From: a virus
DNA length: 64,000 nucleotides
Direction: 5' to 3' (one strand)
Virus record (IMG/VR): IMGVR_UViG_3300006754_000011
Span: 1 to 64,000 of that record
Shown here: positions 49,756 through 59,490 of the stretch, piece after piece
Layout of the letters: every line of letters begins with the position of its first letter
How positions within the stretch are numbered: position 1 is the first letter of the stretch
Made by a program: the position numbers and the translations under genes
The notes under the pieces: model-generated
The model's database searches: none
The model's input: the letters and a program-made list of their open reading frames with translations, nothing else
What the model was told of the DNA's origin: nothing

Positions 49756-50355
49756 TCATACGCTTGTCAATCGCTCACGTCTTTTAAAACTGAAACGGTA
49801 AGATTCTCTAAGTTCTGCTGTTACAGGAACATTAATTTCTTTTTGTTTCAAATTTTTACGTAAACGATCTTTATCTGGAACTTGTTCCTCTTTAACTTCT
49901 AGAACTTGATCATCTTTTAAACGACTAATTGTTGTCGTCTTTTTAAGACCATACTCTTGGATTTCTTTATCTTCCCACTGCTCAAAATTATCAATTAACT
50001 TTGATTGTGTTTTAGCAACAGTTGCTTGATATTTATTACCAGTAGGTGAGTTAGTTATTAACTCTTGCTGGTATGCATACTTAATAATATCAGTAAGCAA
50101 TTTTTTGTTGCGTTCCCAAGCTTCCTTAGCTCTTTTAATTTCCTTCATCTCCTTATCAAGAAGATCAATACGAGTTTCACATTCCTTAATGTAATGACAA
50201 ATCCCATCGAACTTACTTGCTTGACGGGACACTAGATCATGAAGAACTTGTTCAAATTGTTTATGTTCATCTTCAGTGATCTCAGGCATCTCTTTTAAGA
50301 AAGAGAGATGATCAACATCTCGTGAGAGTTGAATGAAAGAAGTTTTGTCTGACAT
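49756..50355 (-). CDS. Siphovirus Gp157-like protein
   Basis: KFDGICHYIKE...IDLLDKEMKEIK..K....NK..L coiled coil, PDK..L..L. Confidence 0.65.
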   Translation of the reverse strand: MSDKTSFIQLSRDVDHLSFLKEMPEITEDEHKQFEQVLHDLVSRQASKFDGICHYIKECETRIDLLDKEMKEIKRAKEAWERNKKLLTDIIKYAYQQELITNSPTGNKYQATVAKTQSKLIDNFEQWEDKEIQEYGLKKTTTISRLKDDQVLEVKEEQVPDKDRLRKNLKQKEINVPVTAELRESYRFSFKRRERLTSV

Positions 50356-50379
50356 GATTTTAAAAGTGAAAGGATTAAA

Positions 50380-51240
50380 TTAATGAGAAGAACTGTTCAT
50401 AACACTGGCAATAGCTTCTGAATAAGGGTGTATTTTATATCCATGATTCAAAGCGCCTGTTAATACTTGCCAACAGGAACCAGTTGGTATGCCTGCTGAA
50501 TCATAAATTGGTTTCTTTCTCCAACCATTTATAGGTAACCATTGTGAATTAGTCTTAAGACCATTTTCGGAAACTCGATAAAGAATTTCTCCTTTACGAT
50601 AGTCGTAATGGTAAGCACAAATTTTTGAATTAAATTTACCAGCCAACTTTTGTTGTGCTGCAAAGCTTGTAGCTTTTAATTCAATATTGTAGTTATACCA
50701 TTGAAGATGTTTACAAAGAGGAGTGAATTTAATAGAAGTAAATTCCTCAAATTCTTTTGTTAACTCAGCTTTGTTCTCATACATTTGATGCCAAGAACCA
50801 CAAGTACAAGTTTGTTCTTTTTGCTTGACATAGTAAACACGTTTAGTACCTTCTTTATCTACAGAAACTTGAGGTGAACGTCCAATTTGAAAAGCTAAAG
50901 CTTCTACAACTGTACTTGCTCCTTTGTAATTCAAAGTAGCAACAGGTTCACCCTGGTAAGGACCAGTAAGAAAATATTCTCTCCAAATTTTGTGAGAGAA
51001 ATAAGAAGGGACACGTGTTCGATGTGCCCAGAAATTTTCTAGAACTGCTTTACGTTTAACAACGAGCTGTTTTTCTTGTAGTTGAATAAGTACATTCTCA
51101 TTTTCTAAGCTAATAAAATCAATATCAGTAGCTTGAATATCTTTATACTTATTATCTGCTGCATGAAGAACATCTACGATACGACGACGACCGTAGATCA
51201 TCTGTTGACAGTCACTTAAGACTGTCTGAACAATAGTCAT
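50380..51240 (-). CDS. SWIM zinc-finger protein
   Basis: YYV...CTCGSW-x-CKHL. Confidence 0.65.
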   Translation of the reverse strand: MTIVQTVLSDCQQMIYGRRRIVDVLHAADNKYKDIQATDIDFISLENENVLIQLQEKQLVVKRKAVLENFWAHRTRVPSYFSHKIWREYFLTGPYQGEPVATLNYKGASTVVEALAFQIGRSPQVSVDKEGTKRVYYVKQKEQTCTCGSWHQMYENKAELTKEFEEFTSIKFTPLCKHLQWYNYNIELKATSFAAQQKLAGKFNSKICAYHYDYRKGEILYRVSENGLKTNSQWLPINGWRKKPIYDSAGIPTGSCWQVLTGALNHGYKIHPYSEAIASVMNSSSH

Positions 51241-51302
51241 AATGGTGTTGGTGAAAGTGCAAAGGATGCTTTTAAAGTCTTCCCAGGACTAGTGATTACA
51301 TT

Positions 51303-51437
51303 CTATTTACCTTGGCCACGATAAGGCTTTTTTCTTTTCACTTTGTAAGATCCTCTTTTTCTTCTTCCATCTCCAATAGAAGTTAACTTAGGCTTTGCTT
51401 CTGTAACTAAAGATGAAGTTAAACTTTTTTTGTACAT
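51303..51437 (-). CDS. Small basic peptide ending KPYRGQGK (not in ORF track)
   Basis: 44 aa, MYKKSLTS...PKLTSIGDGRRKRGSYKVKRKKPYRGQGK. Confidence 0.55.
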   Translation of the reverse strand: MYKKSLTSSLVTEAKPKLTSIGDGRRKRGSYKVKRKKPYRGQGK

Positions 51438-51475
51438 TACTTTGTAAACGATCTTTCAATTGTAAAACAAGTAAT

Positions 51476-51500
51476 AAAAAAGCCAGGTATTACCCTGGCC
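51476..51500 (-). terminator. Terminator downstream of the DUF5895-like gene
   Basis: GCCAGG/CCTGGC stem followed by a U run on the - strand. Confidence 0.7.
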
Positions 51501-51522
51501 TTTATTAGATTTTAGAACGAAG

Positions 51523-52554
51523 TTAGAAAGGAATCTCTCCTGTTTCAGGATCACGTTCTCCAATAACACGTTCAGCAGGAGGAAGAGCAGCAGTTCCTTG
51601 AGGCTTAAGTGCAGGAACACCTTCGGCAATTCCATAAGCACCAGCAAGTTTTGCAGCTTCCTGTCTGCTATGTCTATTGATATAGTCACCTAAGAAGTCG
51701 TCTTTTAACTGTTTCCAAGTTTCAGGTCTTAATTCATCTGGAATAGTCAGTTTAAGTAATGCCTTTTCAGCAGTTTCTTGATCAGAATATTCAGGAAGTT
51801 TTACATCCTTTATAGAACAAACTTCATTTTTATAATGACCTTTAACTTCTGCAATTAATTCTGGTGAGAAAACACAGAGAGATTTAAAACGATTATCAAA
51901 TTTAACTCCAGCATCCATACCAAGAGCTGTGCTTAAACACTTCTCCATTTTTGTATAGAAATCTTTGAGTTTATTTGATAGATCTACACTGACTAAACCT
52001 TTTACAGTTAAGACAATAGGTACTTCATGTGCAGGAGTATTGTCTTTTGTAAGAACATTAACTAGATATTTAACTCTAGTTGAGAAACGCCTAGGAGACT
52101 TATCTCTTTCAGCTTTTTCTTGATCTTCCTTAAAGGCTTCTTGAATATGCTCCATTGAAAAATCTCCAACAATAATGTTTTTAGATTTTCCAGTTTTTGG
52201 ATCAATAATAGAATCATCTACTACTAAGATTTCAGAAGTATGAATGATTTGAAGACGAGGTTCTATAAAGCAATGCATTCTTTCTTTAGCTCTACCTCTA
52301 AAGGTATGAACATGATTAAAAAGAACACTTCCTTCTTCAAAATCTTTTGCAGTAGCAGTCCATTTACAAGTTGCCCAGTTATCTTCTTTAACACCGAAGT
52401 AGGCAGTACCTTCTCGGTCATCAACGAGAGGTTGTAGTGTTCCTAATCCTTGAATACCTGTGATGTATTCAGGATCTTTAAAGATGGCAAAGGAATCAAA
52501 ACTACGTGTACTTAACGCAGTTTTAGCAGGCTTAGAAGGCGACATAGTAGGCAT
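51523..52554 (-). CDS. DUF5895-like protein with SSB-type acidic tail; putative ssDNA-binding/annealing protein
   Basis: PRLQII, YLVNVL..DNTP.HEVPIVLT.KG; C-terminal ETGEIPF. Confidence 0.55.
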   Translation of the reverse strand: MPTMSPSKPAKTALSTRSFDSFAIFKDPEYITGIQGLGTLQPLVDDREGTAYFGVKEDNWATCKWTATAKDFEEGSVLFNHVHTFRGRAKERMHCFIEPRLQIIHTSEILVVDDSIIDPKTGKSKNIIVGDFSMEHIQEAFKEDQEKAERDKSPRRFSTRVKYLVNVLTKDNTPAHEVPIVLTVKGLVSVDLSNKLKDFYTKMEKCLSTALGMDAGVKFDNRFKSLCVFSPELIAEVKGHYKNEVCSIKDVKLPEYSDQETAEKALLKLTIPDELRPETWKQLKDDFLGDYINRHSRQEAAKLAGAYGIAEGVPALKPQGTAALPPAERVIGERDPETGEIPF

Positions 52555-52649
52555 TGTTAGATGCGGTAAATGTGTGACAGGTCCTCAATGCAGGAGTTGC
52601 ACCCACACAAGACAAGCTTGGTGCTGACTTGAGGTAGTTAAGAGCCTAC

Positions 52650-53396
52650 CTAGAAGGGAAGCTCTTCCTCACCTTTTGTTTTCATAGTTGATGATTCTTT
52701 ATCTTCCTTAATAGTTGATTGATAAGGTTCAATTACAACGGGTTGAGGTGCTTCATATTTTTTTCCATTTGTTACAACTCTTGTTTCAGTATCAGGGTTT
52801 TCAACTTTCTTTTTACCGAAGAATTGATAGAGACCAGCACGAGTTCTAATACTGTAACCGCCTCGTCTTTGTCCTTCAGCACTTTGCCAAGTTGAATAAC
52901 GAAGACTACCTTCCATAATCATTTGTCTTCCTTTATGTCCTAACATATCAATTCGTTTTGCATCATCTTCCCAAGCTTCTATTCTAAAACTTAAGCTATC
53001 ATTCCAATCATGATTAAGTAAAGGTTGTGCAGGCGCGTTAGACATAACTGTAAACTTAAGTAAATTAGACAGAGGTTGTTCTTTAGCTTTCACATAACCA
53101 CCTCCTAGTGTTACTTTATTCAATGTCAAACTACCCGGTACAATTTGAATTTCAGAATTAGGTACGAAATACATTTTATAATCTTGGCGACTTGGATAAA
53201 GACGACCATTCAGTAATAGTCTTACTCCAGGTGCAAAAGAATTTAATATATCTCCAGCAGCTTTATTTGGTACGACATAAAGAGGAACGTCAGCACTTTT
53301 AGTACCTATTTTTGGTAGATTAATATGTAGAAAGCGTAAGCCACTGTCACTAGTGAACTCACCTTGATAGATGCCAACGCCAACAAAAGTGTTCAT
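52650..53396 (-). CDS. ssb: Single-stranded DNA-binding protein (tandem OB folds)
   Basis: FRIEAW...KGRQMIMEGSLRYSTW; C-terminal EEELPF. Confidence 0.7.
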   Translation of the reverse strand: MNTFVGVGIYQGEFTSDSGLRFLHINLPKIGTKSADVPLYVVPNKAAGDILNSFAPGVRLLLNGRLYPSRQDYKMYFVPNSEIQIVPGSLTLNKVTLGGGYVKAKEQPLSNLLKFTVMSNAPAQPLLNHDWNDSLSFRIEAWEDDAKRIDMLGHKGRQMIMEGSLRYSTWQSAEGQRRGGYSIRTRAGLYQFFGKKKVENPDTETRVVTNGKKYEAPQPVVIEPYQSTIKEDKESSTMKTKGEEELPF

Positions 53397-53637
53397 GATT
53401 TGATTGTGATTTGATTTGGGGTACTGTAGAAAGCATTGTCAAGCCTGTCTAATATAACTTCTTCTACTGCAATCTGTCTGTGTATTAATAAATCAATTAA
53501 CACACAGAGGTCATCACTCATGGCATTTAATTCTTTTGTATCAAAATCTTTAAGAGATTTCTTAAGTAATTCTTTTAAATGACGGAAGTCAGTGACAGGT
53601 TTCATTGTGCTTTTAAAAATAGGATTACTCTATGCTT

Positions 53638-53862
53638 TCACTCTAATATGTCAAGCAATTTATCTATAATCTTTTGAATAATGCTTACATCAATGTCCAT
53701 AAAGGGTGGAATGATTCCTAAAACTCTTAATAATCCGTCAATAAATGCAGCCATAATAATAAACCCTAAAGCCATGCTTATCAGGGTTGCATTACGATTA
53801 TGCTTGGCCATTGCGAAATCAATAGCCTCTTTAATCATTTCATCAACTTCTTGTCGATTCAT
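53638..53862 (-). CDS. Small membrane protein
   Basis: HNRNATLISMALGFIIMAAFIDGLLRVLGIIPPF. Confidence 0.6.
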   Translation of the reverse strand: MNRQEVDEMIKEAIDFAMAKHNRNATLISMALGFIIMAAFIDGLLRVLGIIPPFMDIDVSIIQKIIDKLLDILE

Positions 53863-53917
53863 CTTAGTTTTTACTAAAGAATCTTTGATTTAGAATACAA
53901 CTAATAGTTATTTTAAG

Positions 53918-54358
53918 TTGATGAGGTTTGCGGGACAAGGGCTTGTTGCTCAACCGAAATGGGATCATAATCCTGTTATGGATGAAATACCTCGTTGGCA
54001 TAATCCAAAAACAGGTAAATTAGAACCTATCAATCCTCCAGAGACAGGTCATGGATGGCCTGATAGAGGAGGTGGAGCAGTACATGGATCTAGAATAATG
54101 AAACCTATAGGTACTGAGCATCCGCTTGATCAACCAACTGGTTTAGATCCTTATCAAGATATGAATAATGTAGAAGTTGCAGGTTTACCTGAAGCTCTTA
54201 CTGAATGGATAACAGGAACAACACGTTTTCCTGGAGCCAAAACAGTTGATTCTTGGTTAGATAGAAAAAGAAGTAGGGGATTAGAGTTACCTGATGTAAC
54301 TAGCGGCACTACTTTTAATTTAAGAGGTGGCAATAGCCTTCTTCAGCCACCGTATTAA
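53918..54358 (+). CDS. Pro/Gly-rich protein with N-terminal RFAGQ
   Basis: Isolated + gene in a - block with its own TAGAAT at 53891. Confidence 0.55.
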   Translation: MMRFAGQGLVAQPKWDHNPVMDEIPRWHNPKTGKLEPINPPETGHGWPDRGGGAVHGSRIMKPIGTEHPLDQPTGLDPYQDMNNVEVAGLPEALTEWITGTTRFPGAKTVDSWLDRKRSRGLELPDVTSGTTFNLRGGNSLLQPPY

Positions 54359-54585
54359 CTATGACAGTTTTAGATTCGCCTCCTGATTGGCGACCAAAAA
54401 TTCCAACAAGAGTTTTTAAAAGAACATGGGATGTGATAGGTTTAAATTACTAAGGTAAAAAATCAGTAGGCCCAATTCCTTCAATTCCTCTATGATTGGG
54501 ACGAGAGTTTTCATGTATCATTCTCATTACAAGAATGATACATAATGCAATAAAAATTGCAGCTAAAATACAAATTGTTAGTAAC

Positions 54586-56436
54586 TTAATGGGTTTCCAT
54601 CCAATTATTTCCTATCCTAGCTTCACCTGTTAAGGGACATTTCAGTTTGAAATATTCACCAGATTTTCTAAAAGAATCGATTGCAAGTTCTTTAAAAATT
54701 TCAGTATGGTGAGGACGGACTAAAGCTTGAACTTCATCGTGGACGTGAGCAACAAAGCCCCAGTCTTCTCCAAACTTTAAACCTTTATTTTCTAAATCAT
54801 CATAAAGAATCGTAGTAGCTTTCTTAACTGTGATAGCTCCAGTTGATTGAAGTAATTGATTTAAAGCAGAATGTTTTGATCTGATTTGTAGATGTCTACC
54901 ATCAATACCTTTTAGATAGTTACGATCTCTTAAAGCAACATCAATATTATCTTTTAACTTTTTAATAGCTGGAAGATTTTTATAAAAGGTATCAATAGTT
55001 TGTTTACCTTTACGGTACTGTTGATCTTCAGTACCCTTTGGCATAATTATTGAACCTGTTTTCTTACCTCCTCCGCCATAAAGAATGCAATAAATCAGAC
55101 GCTTACTAAGATCTCTAGTAGCTTTCTCTATAGGTTTATCCTGTTCTTGTATACCAAAGAGACATGCATTATGGAAATGAATATCACGATCTGGATTACT
55201 AACTAGTGCTGCATATTCACCTCCATCATAATAAGCAAGCCATGCACCAAGTGCACGAAGTTCAAGCCCAGAAGCATCAGCTCCGACTAACTTCCAGCCC
55301 TCTGGAGCATAGAAGAGAGCACGGCACTCAGCACCGTAAGGGTGCCCAACGCTAGGAATTTGCGCTGTATTCGGACGTTTGTGACTACATCGTCCACTGA
55401 TTGCCGCGTTGGTGATAACTTCACCATGTATTTTGCCATCATGGTATCGATCACAGTGTTTAAGCCATGCCTCTTTCCCTTCCGCAATTTGACCTATCCT
55501 TTTATTTAGAAGTTGATATTCAGCTAGTAGTTTAGCTTCGGGATATTTAGTTCCAAGTTTTTCAAGAACATCATCATCTACTTTTGGAGAACCTTTTTCT
55601 GTTGATTCAAAAGTTATTTCAGGATACTTTTCTTTCAAACGTTCAGATGTTTGTTGTCTTGAAGCTGGATTAAAATTAGTTACTTTAGTTTTTAATTTTC
55701 TTCCAGTTTTTTCTGACCACCTTTCTTTTTCAATTGGAGGAAATGTATCTTGAAGATTGGTTTCTAATTCAGATCGTCTTACTTTTAAATCATTAACTAA
55801 TGCATAAGCAGATTTTGAATTAAAAGGGAAACCAAAACGTTCTTGTAAAGAAATAACTTTAGCGAATTCATGTTCTAATTTCAATGCTCGTTTATCCATT
55901 TCTTGAGCACGAAAATACTCATATAATTTATGTGTAACTAGAACATCTTGTTCACAGTATTCTTGCATACTTAAAGACCAAGATTCCCAGACGTCTTTAA
56001 CATCTAATTCTTTTTTTGCTTCTTCTTTAAATGCAATTTTTTGTGTACCTAAACGTTCTCCCCATGCAGCTAAAGAATGTCTTCCTTTATATTTAGAATC
56101 AATATGAGTCCATTTAGTATAGTCAAAACTTTCTAGTTCTGGTGCCCATAGACGGCTAGTAATTAGTGTATCAAAAACTAAACAATTTTTTTTCAGTTTA
56201 AAGAATTTGGGGTATAGTTTTTCTAAAACAGGGATATCATATTTAATAACGTTATGACCAACTAATAGATGTGCTGAATTAAGAATAGAAATTCCAGTTT
56301 CAATTGGAGCATAACCTTCTTGATCACAACAACTAATAAATGTTCCATCATTAATATTTCGAAGAACTAAAGAATGAATAGTACTTACTGTATCTAGTAA
56401 GCCATTTGTTTCTAAATCAAAAATGTAAGAATTCAT
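54586..56436 (-). CDS. polA: T7-like family A DNA polymerase with 3'-5' exonuclease, Tyr762 type
   Basis: FDLETNGL, GHNVIKYD, YCEQDV; motif A DASGLELR, motif B RDLSKRLIYCILYG, motif C VHDE. Confidence 0.95.
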   Translation of the reverse strand: MNSYIFDLETNGLLDTVSTIHSLVLRNINDGTFISCCDQEGYAPIETGISILNSAHLLVGHNVIKYDIPVLEKLYPKFFKLKKNCLVFDTLITSRLWAPELESFDYTKWTHIDSKYKGRHSLAAWGERLGTQKIAFKEEAKKELDVKDVWESWSLSMQEYCEQDVLVTHKLYEYFRAQEMDKRALKLEHEFAKVISLQERFGFPFNSKSAYALVNDLKVRRSELETNLQDTFPPIEKERWSEKTGRKLKTKVTNFNPASRQQTSERLKEKYPEITFESTEKGSPKVDDDVLEKLGTKYPEAKLLAEYQLLNKRIGQIAEGKEAWLKHCDRYHDGKIHGEVITNAAISGRCSHKRPNTAQIPSVGHPYGAECRALFYAPEGWKLVGADASGLELRALGAWLAYYDGGEYAALVSNPDRDIHFHNACLFGIQEQDKPIEKATRDLSKRLIYCILYGGGGKKTGSIIMPKGTEDQQYRKGKQTIDTFYKNLPAIKKLKDNIDVALRDRNYLKGIDGRHLQIRSKHSALNQLLQSTGAITVKKATTILYDDLENKGLKFGEDWGFVAHVHDEVQALVRPHHTEIFKELAIDSFRKSGEYFKLKCPLTGEARIGNNWMETH

Positions 56437-56958
56437 TTTAGAAATTTGTTATACAACCGAGCAACATTAATAATTTGTAATTCTGGAAAGGAAGGATCAA
56501 AGTTTACAATTCTTTCTTGTACTGTTTTAGCAGCAGTAATAGTATTGAAACACATTGAATTGTTTAATATTTTTGAATTAAATATTTCAGATAAGATAAA
56601 ACCATCTTTATCTTTATTAATGCAAACGACTTTATCTAACTCTGGAGTAGAGAGTGTATATCCGCGTTGCATATCACTGCCTCGGTGCTTCATTGCTGGG
56701 AACCTTATGCATGATGTACATATCTAAAGCAATGTGGAGTAATAAAGGAGCCATTAACATTGCTTTCTTTGGTAGCCCACCGAAGAAACTTTCTAACTTG
56801 TCATTGAGATCACTTCTTTCTAACTCACGAAATTCAATTGAGAACATCTGTGCTAAACCTATTAAGAAATCTTCGAGTTCCTCATCTTGATTTTTAAGAC
56901 GTTCAATCAGTTCCCATAATTCGGGATCATTTTGAATCATCTGAATTAATTCATACAT
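56433..56958 (-). CDS. Two small hypothetical genes (56433-56693, 56674-56958)
   Basis: Coupled to polA. Confidence 0.5.
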
Positions 56959-56959
56959 A

Positions 56960-57538
56960 ATGACTTATCGTGTACGCCGCAAGCTTATCAGTACTACATT
57001 CAAAATCAACAGTACTTTATGTAAGCTCTTTATTGAACCTTGGGGAATATCTCAAAAGAATTTTTGGGTATGGAATGTAGGTTTTGTAATAGGAAAATCA
57101 AACCGACAACTCAATGATTGGTATACAGAACGTAGAAATAAGAGAGCAAGAAGTATTACTGAAAAAGTTATAGGAAAAGAAGGAGTAACAACCATTACTC
57201 AAGGGTGGAAAAGAGTTTTAAAATACCGTTGGTTAATTCCACCAGGAGATACCATTTGTCTTGACTGTACAAGTGGAGATCCAGATAAACAATTTAGAGC
57301 TTGGAATTTCTTAAAAAGACATCATCATGATTGGGAGGTCGATGAAGTAAAGAAAGAATTTTATTGGACTAGACCTCCTTATCCTAGAGATCCTGTTTGG
57401 GATACATCAATAATTATTCCTCGGATTCCGAAGGATCCTTTGGGATCAATTTCGGATCAGGATTACTTTGATTGTTTTGATGCTCTTCCAAAAGATCGAC
57501 ATAGGGCCATATCCAAGAATCAAAATAATCGAGAATAA
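56960..57538 (+). CDS. Trp-rich hypothetical protein, opposite strand
   Basis: 192-aa ORF starting 2 nt from a divergent ATG. Confidence 0.5.
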   Translation: MTYRVRRKLISTTFKINSTLCKLFIEPWGISQKNFWVWNVGFVIGKSNRQLNDWYTERRNKRARSITEKVIGKEGVTTITQGWKRVLKYRWLIPPGDTICLDCTSGDPDKQFRAWNFLKRHHHDWEVDEVKKEFYWTRPPYPRDPVWDTSIIIPRIPKDPLGSISDQDYFDCFDALPKDRHRAISKNQNNRE

Positions 57539-58497
57539 AATTTGTTTCTACTCGATAGCTTAAAGTTCCTAAAATTCCTTTAAGGATCTGTTTAGAGTCT
57601 TTGTTTCCTTCTACAGATTGCTCTAATAATTCTTCTAGAATTGCGCGTAACCAGCGGTGGGGATCTTCTCTTGGATCAAGATAGTTAGTAGTCATTTTCT
57701 TCTAAGAAGATAGAAGCTACTATAAATAATATATTAATTAGAACTAAATAACCAGCTGGATGGTAAAAATTAAATAAGAAAAATAAATTAGATACTATCC
57801 AAACTGTTGAGATTATGAGTGTGTATTTAATGGGCATGTTTACCTATAGTATGGAACGAAGAAAGGTGAAGAAGAACAACGTCAACCTTTCTTAATAGAG
57901 GGAGTCATAGTTTTTGTTGTTTCCTATGACTAGTAAGGAAGCTCCTATTCATTAGAGAAATCCTGAGTAGGAGACCCCTCTGCTTCTGTAAAATAAGGAA
58001 TTACATCTAATTTTTTACAGATTTCTATATATGTTTTTTGTTCAGGCTCTGTAAATTCATAATACATTTCTTCCAAACAATGAATAATTAAAGAACGTTG
58101 TTGTCTAGTAAAAAAATCTTTCATAGGATTTAAGATAATGGATCATCATAAATAGAAGTACCATCTGGATAGTAATGTCCTTCTTCTGGTACTAAACCGA
58201 TACTCCATTCAAAGGTAATCCTATTATCACTATAGAAAGTAGAATCTTTATGAGAGCCATCTGTAAATCCTGCATCAAGCTGTTGTTGTATATGATAGAG
58301 AACATCATGATATTCTTCAATAGCAGGAGCATCAATTTGAATTCGGAGACGATGTTGCATGGCTAAGGAATCGAAGACAAATCAGATTAAATCTGAATGG
58401 TATTATTTTTTTTGGGCAATCATGGCAGCCAGTGTTGTTATAGGACAGATCTATGTAGGAACTGGCTATCGTGAAATGAATAATACTATTGAAGAGT

Positions 58498-59421
58498 TTA
58501 TTCAATGTTCTGTTTCGAAAGATAAGAATCGACAGTATTTGTAATCATTTCATACGTATCAAAAATACGTTTTCCTGAATTAGCAATCTCTTCTAGAACG
58601 TCATCAGTTGCCGTATTGTGATGAACGATGTACTCAAAAGAACGCTTACCAATATCAATATTGTAATGAGAACAGACCAGATAAGCTACTGATTCTGCTT
58701 CAAGTTCTTTAATAGACCCTGGAGTATTAATACGATATTCGTGACCATTGTGCAGAATTGCGTGGCCAAGCTCATGAGACATAACACTAAACGTTGTGGC
58801 AGCATTAAGTCCTTTAACCAATTTGATTTTGCTTGCTGTTTGTTCATCACCTGTAAACCAACATTGACCTAATGCAGCTCCCATTTCTTCTTTAGAGACA
58901 TCTACTTGGACCGCAAGCTTACGTTTCGATGCTACTTGGCATAAACCATTAAAGAGGTCTGGAGATATGTCAGCTTCGATTTGATCCAGCATTGATGAAG
59001 TATCTGGTTCACTAATAGGTTCACCTTCTGTTTGATGGTGATCAAAGACATGAGCTGTCTTAAATCGGTAAGGCTTTCTAATAGGATTCCCTTCATCATT
59101 GAATAAAGGATTACCTGTATCATCAGTAACGGTATACATAACTGGTGCAAGGATATGGATACTTTTTTCGCCCTTTCTAACAGTGCGATTAAATTTAGTT
59201 TTCCATGTTTTAAAACCAGCAACGAGAGAACTAATTCCATAGCCTCGTCTTTGTTGTTCTAAAGCAATTAAGAAACGATTATTAAAACTGTAATGATGTA
59301 TCTTCCTCATTGTATTAAGAAAGCCTGCCCAATCTTTATCATTAAGAATTTGTTGGACACCTTCCTTTAAAGATCCCAAGAGTTCTTCTGGAATCTTTGA
59401 GAGTTTTGTTTCCGTAGTCAT
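58498..59421 (-). CDS. ardC: ArdC-like antirestriction protein (ssDNA-binding N-domain + HExxH metallopeptidase-like domain)
   Basis: YSFNN..LI..Q, VAGFKTW, VRKGEK.I.ILAP, VFD..QTEG; HELGH, ELEAESVAY. Confidence 0.8.
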   Translation of the reverse strand: MTTETKLSKIPEELLGSLKEGVQQILNDKDWAGFLNTMRKIHHYSFNNRFLIALEQQRRGYGISSLVAGFKTWKTKFNRTVRKGEKSIHILAPVMYTVTDDTGNPLFNDEGNPIRKPYRFKTAHVFDHHQTEGEPISEPDTSSMLDQIEADISPDLFNGLCQVASKRKLAVQVDVSKEEMGAALGQCWFTGDEQTASKIKLVKGLNAATTFSVMSHELGHAILHNGHEYRINTPGSIKELEAESVAYLVCSHYNIDIGKRSFEYIVHHNTATDDVLEEIANSGKRIFDTYEMITNTVDSYLSKQNIE

Positions 59422-59490
59422 AAAACTTTTTTAAAAGGACAGCAATTTTATAAAGAAAATTTAGTGAGCTAAACCTTCTCATTATTAAAC

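Noticed and set aside
52583-52634. Canonical tRNA gene
   Set aside because: Too short, no proper D or anticodon arm, T loop is UGCAACU, no CCA; kept only as a tRNA-like element
54586-56436. Split or intein-containing DNA polymerase
   Set aside because: Exonuclease and polymerase motifs lie in one 616-aa ORF with no large insertion
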